Source of the DNA: the human T2T-CHM13v2.0 reference genome, Homo sapiens
DNA length: 64,000 bases
Direction: 5' to 3' (one strand)
Assembly (NCBI RefSeq): GCF_009914755.1
Contig: NC_060947.1
The notes beneath the pieces are model-generated. The model was not told the origin of the DNA. It worked only from the letters and a program-made list of their open reading frames with translations, and searched no databases. A program made the position numbers and the translations under genes. Of the stretch, positions 25,301 to 37,363 are shown one piece after another (positions within the stretch are counted from its first letter, which is position 1; each line of letters opens with the position of its first letter).

Positions 25301-27369
25301 TCAGAAGTATTGGTGATTTTTTGTGTCTTATGTTATCTGTGGCTACAAGGCAATTTATTTTATTATTATATATAATTTATATGTATTATACACATTTGTG
25401 TAAGTGTATAATATTTCATCATATGCCATTTTCAAAATGCAATGAATATTTCAATTAGTGGTGAACTTAATCAAAAATGAAGCTTAAAAAGAAGTCTGAG
25501 AGATAAATCCCAATCCAAGAAATGAGTAATGGGAACAGATGTAAATATTCAGTTTCTCAAATGAGTATTTAAAAGTTAGAGGTGACATCCTCAGTCTACT
25601 TTATATAGGTTTCACACAGCTTTTTCACATTTCAACTATAGTCAGATCCCATTATTCTAATGTCATGTTTATCATGAAACCTTCCAAGGCAGCATGTACC
25701 TAGGAAGCTTACACACTGCCCAGGCCTATGGGTTACTTGGCAGCCCAGTGGCTATATTTTCATTCTGGCTTATATGTCAGGTTATTAGGTATTATAGAAT
25801 TAGTATGTCACATTCCTGATTAATAACATATTTGAGGCTCTAACAAGATTAATTTTATAAACCTGCAAGGCTAAGAACCAGGATTTAGACTGTGAAGAAT
25901 ACGTGGATGAATGCCACATTTTGAAACGTCTTGGGTATCAGTAAGCTGATCTCCCTAGATACTGTAACCTAGAGCCCCACTTTCATAATATTTATTTTCC
26001 TTATTTTCACATATAGATAGGTCTTAAGTCCCTACAAAGAAGAAATAATGCTTCATATTACTTTGTCTAATCTTCAAAGAAATAACAGTATTTTGCATAA
26101 AGTAAATGCCTAACTAATATTCGTTGACTGGTTGATTGGTATAGGACTGTTGGGTACACATGCACTAATGAGTTAGCATCTATATTATGCTTCAAAATAA
26201 TAAAGTCATCATTGTCTATAATGAATGTAATTCCATGTCAGCTACAAAATGCTAACTTACTTGCAAATATAAAAATATTGTTCAACTTCAAATAATTCAC
26301 TCTTTCCAAATTCAGCTTCTTTTCAGCATTCTCGGAATCCAAGGCAATCCAGAAGAGGCATTTTATGGAATGGGGGTTAGATACTCATGAAGTCAATAAC
26401 AAAAGTTTCAAATGTGAGAACTCCCCAAAATACATTTTCAGCGAAGGTATCATGATAACGAAGGTGATGTCAAGGGATTTTTCACATCAGTGGCAGAACA
26501 AAACCTAGAAGATTCTAAGACAAGTGCTACTGCAACAATCAATCTCATTGTTATTCATTATTATCATCTTTAGAATTGTAGCAAAGGAGAAATCTTTCTA
26601 ATGCATCCAAGTGGAATTACATTTTATTTATTCTCCAAATTACTGTTTGTCCTGTTAATGTTTATGAAAAGAAACGCTGCATTTCTCATATTAGCCAACA
26701 GGGAAGCAATCACTTGCCATGAATCATCACTGGAAATATAAATTGTTTCAAGCATTTGACACATTTATGGCCTGTGAACATTGAACACTAATAAGCAGAA
26801 CTCCAGTCCTAAAATAATTTTTCTGACTTCTAAACAATTTAATCCAGAAATGTTCTGGACAGACATCCAATTGCCTGCATGGAGCCTGGAAGAGCAGTGA
26901 TTTCCCATTTAGGCTTCATGTCCTTGAAGCTTGTCTCTCTGCATGATGGGCATCTTTATGCCTTCTGCAAAATAAAAAGGAGAGAAGCAAGCTGGACTTT
27001 TGAAAATTAGAGAGAGTAAATGCAGAGTGACATCAGCTCTAAGTGTTCTTGCTCTATGGACATTGCTGGCCATTGAAAACAGCTTTAAATTCATCAGTAC
27101 CAATGCTTGTAGCAGCCTGCACAAATCAATGTACAGAAACTATGCTTTGTTTTCGTCATTTTTTATTACTATGCTTCTAACAACTTATCTAATCCAACAG
27201 AGTGGGCTCTTTAATATGCCTTTGATTTCCAATATAACCAATGCAAGGAAATAAAGGACATATGGGCCAATCACTGGCCATGAAAGTCAAGAGCCATTGT
27301 GGACTCTGCAGTGGTAGCTCAGAGGTCTCACTTTGAGAGAGAGACTCTCTACCTGATCCCTGAGATATT

Positions 27370-30300
27370 TGTGATGCTTAATTTAAGGTGTCACCTTGAC
27401 TGGATTAAGAAATACCTAGAGAATTGGTAAAGCATTATTTGTGGGTGTGTCTGTGAGGGAGGGTGTTTCCAGAGGAGATTGGCATATGAGTCAGTGGAGT
27501 GAGTGGGAAAAATCCATCCTCAATGTGGTGGGCACCATTCCATAGGCTGGGGTCCTGGATAGGACAAAAAGGCAGAGGAAAGGCAACTTCATTTCTCTCT
27601 CTCTCTCTCCCGAAGATAGGACACACTTCTCCTTTCATTGAACATCAGGGTTCCAGGCTCTCCATCCTTCGGACTCCAAGACTTGCATCAGTGCCCTCTC
27701 CCAGGTTCTTAGGCCTTTAATTTCAGATTGAGAATTACACCATTTGCTTCCTTGGTTCTGAGGTTTTTGGACATGGACTGAGCCATCCACCAGCATCAGG
27801 GTGTCCAGCTTGCAGATGGTCCAGCTTGCAGATGGTCACAGGACTTAGTCTCCATAAGTGCATGAGCCATTACCCCAATAAATCTCTGTCATATATCTAT
27901 ACAGGCATACCTCAGAGATATTGTAGATTTGGTTCCAGACCATTGCAATAAAGTGAATATAATAAAAAAGTGAGTCATACAAATTTTTTGGTTTCCCAGT
28001 GCATATAAAAGTTATGTTTAGTGTATTAAGGTGTGCAATATTATGTCTAAAAATAATGCACATACCTTAATTTAAAAAATACATTATTGCTAAAAAATGC
28101 TAACTATCATCTGAGCCTTCAGTGAATTGTAATCTTTTTTCTGGTAAAGAGTCTTGCCTCTATGTTGATGGCTGCTGACTAAACAGGGTGGTGGTTGCTG
28201 AAGGTTGGGTTGGCTGTGACAGTTTCTTAAAATAAGACAATATTGAAGTTTGCCACATAGATCGACTCCTCTTTTCATGAAATATTTCTCTATAGGGTGC
28301 AATGATGTTTGTTAACATTTTGCCCCCAGTAGAACTTCTTTCAAAATTGAAGTAAATCCTCTCAAACCCTGCTGCTGCTTTATCAACTAAGTTTATGGAA
28401 TATCCTGAATCCTTTGTTGTCATTTCAACAGTGTTCACAGCATCTTCACCAGGAGTTGATTCTAACTCAAGAAACCACTTGCTTTGCTTATCCATAAGTA
28501 ACAACTCCTCATACGTTTAAGTTTTGTCATGGGTTTGCAGCAATTCAGTGACATCTTCAGGATCCACTTCTAATTCTAGTTCTCTTGCTATTTTCACCAC
28601 ATCTGCAGTTACTTCCTCCAGTGAAGTCTGGAACCCCTCTCAAAGTCATCCATGATGGTTGGCATCAACTTCTTCCAAACTCTTGTTGACATTTTGACAT
28701 CCTCTCATGAATCACAAATGTTCTTAATGGTATCTAGAATGGTGAATCCTTTCCAGAAGGTTTTCGATTTACTTTTCCCAGCTCCATTAGAGGAATCACT
28801 GTCTATGGCAGCTATAGATTTACAAAATGTATTTCTTAAATAATAAGACTTGAAAGTCAAAATTATTCCTTGATCTGTGGACTGCAGAATGGATGTTGTG
28901 TTAGCAGGCATGAGAAAAACATTAATCTCCTTTTACATCTCCATCAGAGGTCTTGGGTGACCAGAACCCTTGGGTGCATTGTCAATGAGCAGTAATATTT
29001 TGAAAGGAATATTTTTTCAGAGCAGTAGGTCTCAAGAGTGGACCTAAATGTTCAGATTAGCTGTCATCCAGCCTTTGTTGTTCCATTTATAAAGCAGATG
29101 CACAGTAGAGTTTGCATACTTTTTAAGGACCCTCGGATTTTAAGAATGGTAAATGGGCATTGTCTTCAACTGAAAGTCACCAGCTGCATTACCTCCTAAC
29201 GAAAGAGTCAACCTGTCCTTTGAAGCACTGAAGCCAGGCATTGACTTCTCTCTAGCTATGAAAGTCCTAGATGGCATCTACTTCCAATAGAAGGCTGTTT
29301 CATCTACATTGAAAATCTGTTGTTTACGCTAACCCCCTTCATCAATGATCTTAGTCAGATCTTCTTAATAACTCGTTGTAGCTTCTACATCAGGACTTAC
29401 TCGAGCACGTTGCATTTTTATGTTATGGAGGTGGCTTCTTTACTGAAAACTCATGAACCAACCTCTGTCAGCTTCAAACTTTTCTTCTGCAGCTTCCTCA
29501 CCTCTTTCAGCCTTATAGAATTGAAAAGAGGTGTTGGGGGCCTTGCTCTGGATTGGACTTTGACTTAAGGGTATGTTGTGACTGCTTTGATCTCCAATCC
29601 AGGCCACTTGAGCTTTCTCCATATCAGCGATAACGCAGTTTCACTTTCTTAACATTTATGTGTTCCCAGAAGTAGCACTTTTATTTTTCTTCACGAACTT
29701 TTCCTTTGCATTCATGACTTGGCTGTCTGTGCAAGAGGCCTAACTTTTGGCCTATCTCAGCTTTCCATATGCTTTCCTCATTATGCCTAATCATTTCTAG
29801 CTTGATTTCAAGTGAGAGACATATGACTCTTCCTTTCATTTGAATACTTGAAGGCCATTGTAGGGTTATTAGTTGTCCTCATTTCAATATTGTTGTGTCT
29901 CAGGGAATAGGGAGGCCCCAAAACAGGGAGAGAAATGAGAATGGCCAGTCAGTAGAGTAGTCGGAACACATACAACATTGATCGATTAAGTTTGCCATCC
30001 TATACGGGTGTGGTTCATGGTGCCCCCAAACAATTACAGTAGTAACATCAAGGATCACCATTCACAGGTCACCATAATAGATATAATAATGAAAAAGTTT
30101 GAAAGATTGTGAGAATGTTGTCATTTCAACAATGTTCATAACATCCTTAGCAGCTGTAGATTCCATATCAAGAAACCACTTTCTTTGCTTGTCCGTAAGA
30201 AGCAACTCATCATCCATTCAAGTTTTATCATGAGATTGCAGCAATTCAGTCACATAATGTGACACAAAGACACAAAGTGAGCACATGCTGTTGGAAAAAT

Positions 30301-30455
30301 GGTGCCAACAGACTTGCTCAATGCAGGATTACCATAAATCTTCAGTTTGTAAAAAATGCAATATCTGTGAAACAATAAAGCAAATTGTAATAAAACAAGG
30401 TATGCCTATATATACATATCCTATTGGTTCTGTCTCTCTGGAGAACTCTAATACA
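27370..30455 (+). mobile_element. MLT2B-like ERVL solo LTR split by Tigger1 (LTR parts at 27370-27901 and 30409-30455)
   Basis: TG...CA ends with 5-bp TSD ATATT at 27365-27369 and 30456-30460; MLT2 body and tail ctattggttctgtctctctggagaac. Confidence 0.88.
27902..30408 (-). mobile_element. Near full-length Tigger1 DNA transposon with decayed transposase
   Basis: TIR caggcatacctc...ggtatgcct in a TA target; minus-strand ORF fragments ([47 protein letters not shown]) are pogo/Tigger transposase. Confidence 0.93.
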
Positions 30456-30974
30456 ATATTATAGGTAGTTAAGAAATGGCAATCGTTAATATTGATATCA
30501 CAAGCCATATGGCTTAGTAAATATCATAATGGCCATGCATCCTCATGCCAGAGGTCTTCTCATCTAGAAATCTATTTTAATCTATGGCCCTATAGTGAGA
30601 AGAGAGTCTATTTGAGACAAATCTCTCATAAAATTCAGGAGGTGCATTTTATCAAGGTGAAATTGTCTTTATTGTTCTCTGGGAAAGCATCTCTAACAAC
30701 GAAAGATTTGGTAAAAACAACTTCTTGCCTTCTCTAATTTGCCTCAAACCTCTATTTGGTGGGTGTCTATTGTAAATTAATAGTCTTTTCTTAACTTCTT
30801 CATATTTTCAAGTGGAGGAAAGAATGTCTGTACTTGAGGAGGACGTTTTTTCTGTAGGAAACCCGTTCAGTAAAAGTCCTGACACAGGATATTGATATAT
30901 TGGATATCTTTTGACTCTTTCTTTGAGGAAATTGACTCTGAGACTCTTAATGTGGGCATTCCATTCAACATATT

Positions 30975-30999
30975 TGTGTGTGTGTGTGTGTGTGTGTGT
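30975..30999. repeat. (TG)n microsatellite
   Basis: Directly visible. Confidence 0.9.
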
Positions 31000-32149
31000 A
31001 TCTTAATATAATAGTAACCAAAGTTTAATGTAATGGAATCACAAAAACATAATTATTAAAGTAGTTGTGGGCATATAGTAGGCTTTCAGTGACTTAAAAA
31101 ATAACAGCAATCACACGTAATGAGAAATAATTTTGTTGATGGGTAGTAAATATAAAAAGTATGACTGTCACTTAATCATATAGACCTGAGAAAATTGATA
31201 AACTTACACAAACTATAGATTCCTCATTAAAATATATAGATATCAATTATTTTTCTGCCATATAATGTGGGTATTTTGAAAACTATAAAGCATTATGTAT
31301 ATGTTAGAGTTCTTAAGGTTTATCAGTATCAGTAAATGATACTGATGTTAAGAAAAGTGTTTTTATTTTTTATATCTATTTTTTAAAGTTTAATATGTAG
31401 CATGATATAGACCAAATATTGTGTGTTGGTCCTTATGACATAGGATGGGTCACAATCTTTTCATTTCTCTTGTAAAAAGAGTACAGAATAAGGTTTCCAC
31501 ATACCTCAACCAGTTACAGTTTGGTAAGTTAGAGGCATAGGAGAATTAGACTTCAGTTTCCATTGCATTGCAAATAAAACCTTTTCAAAGCTCCTAAATC
31601 TTACTGTCCTTGAAAGTGGAATTGTCCAATGAACAAAGTTAAAACATGAATTTTAACAGTAAGTAGATGAGATTAAATAAATTAAGTAAATGAGATTAAG
31701 ACTCTAAAAACACATCCTCAGGTCTGATTTCACGTGATTTTCAAGAGTATTCTACATAGAAATATTTTATGTAACATATGTGTTTATGTAATTATGTAAC
31801 ACTTTATGTTATATAAATTTTATATATTATGAGAATGACACTGAGAGGGATTAAATGACTTGTCCAGTCACATAACCAATGAGTGTTAGAGGTAGAACTC
31901 GAATCAAGGATATTGAATTAATAATCTCTTACTTTGAATTTAATTTTATGCTTTAGACTGCTGCGCCACTGAACTTGGTTTCCTTTCAAATAATCACAGA
32001 TCTTAACTTGTTAATTCCCTAACAAGTAGTTTTTTGAAAGAACTATTTGTGGACTATACATATGTACTTATATTATTTTGTTTAAGCCACAAATTTCTGG
32101 TATATATTTAAAATTATATACTAGTTATCATCAATACCATTATGATGAT

Positions 32150-33410
32150 TGTCATTATCATTGAATGTATGGGGATATAATGGTGGACCAAAGCATGTAC
32201 TGTCTCTGTCCATTGCAAAGCTTGCTACATAAGCAAACAGTCATACACATGTATACATACAATGATGACGAGCTCCTTGAGTCAGAGTTGGAGAGCACTA
32301 TGAAGGCCTGTAATAGAATTGTTAGAGTAATGCAGGTCAGGAAAGGCCTTCCAGAGATTTGAAAAATAGGCTGGTGTTAACCAGACAAAGATGGGGGACA
32401 TGATATACTTCATGAACAATACGGTAAGCATTAGGGAGTAAGAAAAAAGACCAATATGGCTACAGGGGAAGAAATGAGATGATTAGTGGATGAGATGAGG
32501 AACAATGTAGGCATGGGCCAAACCATGTGGAACCTTTAGGTCATTGAGTAGTTTCCTTGTTCTACACAAATATCAATGGAGAACTATAGTATTAACCAGG
32601 GGCTGTGACATAATCAGATTCTGATTCTGAACAAATCACTCTGGTTTCAGCATACAGGATGAGGTAGTAGAAGACCAGCTGTTGGTTCAGGTAGATTAGT
32701 AAGAGGATGGCTGCAGCAGTACAGGCAAGAGATAAAGATATCTCAACTGGGGTCATGGAGGTTGAGATGGAGGGAAGTGAGAAGATTTAGGAGAAAAAAA
32801 TCAATAGGGCTTGGTGAAGAACTAGATATAGTGGATGATGGAGATGATGCCTTGGCCTTTGGTTGGTAACAATGAAATAGACACAGTAGAATAGGAGTAG
32901 GAGTTGGAGGAATTATCAGAAGTTCGGTTTTGACATGAAGAGTTTAAGCAGCTTTTGAGACATACATTAGGAATTGTTTAGAAAGCAGTTGGATGTATAG
33001 GTCTGGGTAGAAATATACATTTCTGTGTCATGTACATAAAATGATAATGGAAATTATATTACCATAATATTTTCTAAGCGAGTGTACTGCAAGAAGAGGA
33101 GACAGCCTAGAATATAGCCTTTAGGAAATCCAACTTTTATAGGCCAGGTAGAGGAGGATATGCCTGCCAAGAAGACAGAATAGGAGGTAATCCAGGAGTG
33201 CACTGTGTCACAGGGTCAATAGAGGGAAGTGTTTCCAGGAGGAAGAAAAGGCCAATGACATTAGGTACCATGGAAATGTCAAGTAAGATGAGAACAGAAA
33301 AATGTCTTTTGGACTTAGTTACAAGAAATTCACTGGCAGACTTAGTGAGAGCTGTTTCTGTGGATTGATAGGGCTGGAATCCAAATTTAGGAGAGCTGAG
33401 AAATCAAATG
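32150..33410 (-). mobile_element. L2 LINE remnant
   Basis: Purine-rich antisense L2 motifs (gacataatcagatt...atcactctgg, agttcggttttgacatg, agttggatgtataggtctgg). Confidence 0.7.
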
Positions 33411-33566
33411 AGGAGGCTAAACTAGATCCTCTCTAATGTCCCTTACAACTCTACAATAATATAATGCTGTGATTTCATGCTGCTGGCCTGAGTCTCCTTT
33501 GTCACAGATTTCCTTACTCATCCTATTCCTGGTTAATAACACAACTCTTGTTAAAAGAAATGATTC

Positions 33567-33899
<333 letters not shown>

Positions 33900-34336
33900 T
33901 TACAACCTTAAATTTGAGAGAAATAATTTTCTTCTATCTTTATACCTAATTTTCTTTTGGAAAGAATCTTGAACACAAAAAAATCTGTGCTATTTTTCCA
34001 TGTAGAACCAATTGAAGAAATATTTCCAGGAATTGATTTTATATATTTTTTTGGGTCAGGACAGCAGGGATAAAATCAGGTCTAGAGTTTCCATGTGGAT
34101 GAATTTGGAAGTGAACAGATTTGAAGCTGCAGTCCAGGGATGTCTCACACTACACCATACTGTTTTTCTTTTAAATTGAATCATTTTCTCTAGGCTTTGA
34201 AAGTTAAGAAAACATATTTGAAGAATTGATTTTGTATGTAAATAGAATGCTTGGGCACTACTGCATTTCATCTAAAAAGAGATTCCTGTATTTTCACTGT
34301 CTTACTGGGATAGACATCTTATGAAAGGGCATATAG

Positions 34337-34505
34337 ACTCTTGCTACTCAAAGTGTGAACTGTGGACAAGCAGCATCAACTTCAGCTAGGAACTTCTTAG
34401 AAATGCAGAATCTCAGGCCCCACCCCAGACCTACTGGATCATAATCTGCATTTCAATAAGATCCTCTGGTGATTTATATTAACATTAAAAGGTAAAAAGA
34501 ACTTG
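34337..34505. mobile_element. MER5A/MER5A1 MITE
   Basis: gctactcaaagtgtg...cagcagcatca...ttagaaatgcagaatctcaggccccaccccagacctactg. Confidence 0.85.
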
Positions 34506-35045
34506 CCATCTTTTTTCTCTGAATCTACTTCTTAAAAACATAGAATTCATTGTTACTCTACTATGATATTTAAACTGATCCAAAGTTAGTCATTTACGGA
34601 GTAAAAATTAATCATATTATTTTGTTTTAAAATTAAGACCTCCAGTAAAGCACATAGGTGACTAACAAGGAATATTCCACAAAAAGTAGGTTACTCTCCT
34701 AGCTTATGGTAGGACATGCATTTTTCATTCCCCCTTCCCAGAAGCTGCTAATTATCCGCATTGGACTATCTACCCTTCCTCTTTTTTATTAATAATAATA
34801 TTTGTAATTTTGATTTGAAATAGCAGGGTTACTCGTCAGACTTTTGTACAGATTTATGAACTTCCACTATTTTCAGTCCCTTTAGCCAATTTAGGAGAAT
34901 AGCATATGCACTTTATTACATGACTGTTCCTAGTGATTAACATCTGGAATGGGCAGATGAACTAAACTCCCAGTTGCACTTTTCCTTGCTCCATTTCTAA
35001 CATGGAGCCCTGCTCTAACCTTTAACCATGGCAAGAAAAGATTGC

Positions 35046-35064
35046 TACTGCCCCCTGCCGGCCC
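35046..35064 (-). promoter_or_regulatory. CTCF motif upstream of the GLRA2 promoter
   Basis: Minus strand GGGCCGGCAGGGGGCAGTA closely matches the CTCF core CCASYAGRKGGCRS. Confidence 0.65.
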
Positions 35065-35269
35065 ATTGTCTCATTTCCTTTTCTACAAATCTGTGACTTG
35101 CGGATGCCCAAGGATTTTGAGCCACTGAAGAAAGCTCAGTTGGAAGGGGCTTTCCCTAGTACAGAGGTAGAGAGATCCTTTGGGACTAGGCGGCTAAAAT
35201 CAAATGAAAACATTAAAAAGGCGAGGAAGGCATAAAGGACTTCTAAATTAAATTATCGATCTTCATGAA

Positions 35270-35880
35270 CCTTCTTCTGCACGCGGGCTTCTCTGTGCCA
35301 AGGAAATGTTCCCTTCTCTTCGGCACAGGACTCCTCTTTGCCTCCGGCTTGCACTGACAAAGAGTGAACTGTCCACACCCTTATTATAATTTCAGTACTC
35401 TGAATCCTGTTCTCTGTTTCCCCCAATTTCGTTTTCCCACGATTAAACCTTATTCCCTTCCCTTTTCTGCTTCAAATTCCCGTCCCGCCCACCCACCGAC
35501 AGCCTAGCATTTCCAGGAGCTCAGACCCCACTTCCCTCACCCTCTCCGTCTCCCGACCTCTCTTCTCCTCTTGCTGTCATCGTACCCCCTTCAGTATCCC
35601 CTCGCTGAACGGCCAGTCACTCTTTGCCTTCGAACAGCAGGCACGTCCCCTCTTGAATGCTTTTCCCCGACCCCCGCCCCAAGCAACTGAAAAAGGAAAC
35701 ATGCGCACTTCAGAGCTTGGAGCTGTCCGAGTGCTGAAATTTATAGGCTGGGTAAGATCACGTCTCCGTCTCATTCTATAGCCCTCATTCCAGCACAGGA
35801 TCTCAGCAATTTTTCCCTCTTCCCCCCACCCACTCCAGCGCGCAGAGTCCTTTCTTCTCTCTCATTTACAACTTCTTTTT
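35270..35880 (+). promoter_or_regulatory. GLRA2: GLRA2 promoter and first non-coding exon region
   Basis: The main non-Alu CpG/GC-enriched stretch in the window; C/T-skewed; GC boxes at 35484-35490 and 35673-35680; directly upstream of coding exon 1; exact TSS cannot be determined. Confidence 0.75.
35719..35738 (-). promoter_or_regulatory. RE1/NRSE-like REST site with compressed spacing
   Basis: Minus strand TTCAGCACTCGGACAGCTCC versus consensus TTCAGCACCACGGACAGCGCC; both half-sites are present, 1 nt shorter. Confidence 0.6.
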
Positions 35881-36020
35881 AAAAGAAAACATTTTCTAGA
35901 AAAAGGGCTTTGCTAAACAGAAAAGATATAAAACAAAAGCCACAGCTATCTAGCATGGCATTGTCACCAACTCCCTTTGCATGGTGATGCGATTAAGGTA
36001 GCAGCATTTTTATTATTCAG
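35752..36020 (+). other. GLRA2: Putative 5'-UTR intron of GLRA2
   Basis: Donor TGG|GTAAGA at 35752; acceptor tttttattattcag|G ending 36020; alternative acceptors end at 36141 and 36179. Confidence 0.5.
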
Positions 36021-36104
36021 GAAAAGCAGCTGGGGGATTCATCAGTTCTGAGGCTTTGTCTTTCTGGGTTAACTGATGGTCCCAAGCCTCGGTTTGACCT
36101 GACC

Positions 36105-36218
36105 ATGATGCCCAGGACTGGCACTTTTTCTTTTTTCTCAGCAAACTGTACAAAACCAAATCTCTTTTTGATTTTCAAGGAAACTAGGTTCCTGCCAAAT
36201 TTTGAATCTGGACAATAA
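36105..36218 (+). promoter_or_regulatory. Upstream ORF (37 aa) in the GLRA2 5' UTR, preceded by an 8-aa uORF at 36076-36102
   Basis: gACCATGA context; MMPRTGTFSFFSANCTKPNLFLIFKETRFLPNFESGQ*; stop is 71 nt before the main ATG. Confidence 0.5.
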
Positions 36219-36289
36219 ACAGACACTTTGTCCTAGCATCTTTCTGGAATCATTTCGGGATATTTTCCACAAGCAACACAGAAACAGGA

Positions 36290-36357
36290 ATGAACCGGCA
36301 GCTAGTGAACATTTTGACAGCCTTGTTTGCATTTTTCTTAGAGACAAACCACTTCAG
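36290..36357 (+). CDS. GLRA2: Glycine receptor subunit alpha-2, coding exon 1 (signal peptide)
   Basis: ATG at 36290 gives MNRQLVNILTALFAFFLETNHF plus AG; 68 nt, phase 2; donor AG|GTAGGT. Confidence 0.97.
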
Positions 36358-37324
36358 GTAGGTGAAACGACTTTGCATGTTGATATTTAAATTGTTTAAA
36401 AGAGAATGTGTCATGTAATTGTGTATTTATCTGTGCTCTGGACTATATTATTTTAATTTTATAGAGGAAAGTTAGATATCTTTTGTTCATTTAAAACGCC
36501 TAATAATTGTGGGAGGGTGGTAAATTTTTCACAAAAGCAAGTTTTATGATGCATAGCCGCACTCTATGCAATTCAACACACATTTTCACAGCCAACGTGA
36601 TATTAAGGTAGTCTGATGAGTTGCATGCTCTTTACATTTCTATATAAGGGTAATTATTTTTCTGAAAGTAATTTAAAGAGATTATTGGGTGCAGTGTTTT
36701 TCATATAAGATGATTGTATTAATTTGGCAGGAGCATGCTCATTTTAGATAAAATATAAAAGATCCCTAATTCTCAGCCAACTTGGGACTTCTGTTATATT
36801 TCAGAAACTAGAAGCATACTATGAGGACTACAATTCAGGAATTTTCTTGAAATATCAAAAATTTCTTTTTACTACTATATTCTACTATTCAATCTGTTTG
36901 GAAATGGATTGCCTACCAAAATTTAGTTAATATGACATAATTGTATTTATGTACATATGAGAAGTGGAGCATGCATAATTTTAAAAAGTGAGAAATTACT
37001 ATTTTCATGCTTGCATTTTCTACATGGTTTACGAATAGTTGCCAAATCAATTGATACCTCAAAATATCAAATCATTACCAGTAAGTGAAATAGTCATCTA
37101 ATAACAGAGAGTGGAAGACTGAGCAGAGACAGGAGATGCTCTTACAACAAAGTATAGGACTCTAAATTTAATTTTCATTAAATTTTATGGCATTTTTTCA
37201 CAGAACCAAGATAAATGGAACACATAGTAATAATGCTATGAATACTGGGAAAACCCACTATGTTCCTTTCAGGTTTACACCTCCTACTATGATTAAGAAA
37301 AAATATAGGCTGGTTTTTATTAGA

Positions 37325-37363
37325 ATCATCATCATCATCATCATCCTCACCACCACCACCATC
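37325..37363. repeat. (ATC)7 CTC (ACC)4 ATC trinucleotide microsatellite in intron 1
   Basis: Directly visible. Confidence 0.9.

Noticed and set aside
28160-29622. Transposase-like ORFs as a domesticated TIGD-type gene
   Set aside because: Broken into short frames by stops and frameshifts, inside TIR-bounded Tigger1.
36017-36390. Supplied ORFs overlapping GLRA2 exon 1
   Set aside because: Off-frame or antisense ORFs; the real CDS starts at 36290 and is spliced.
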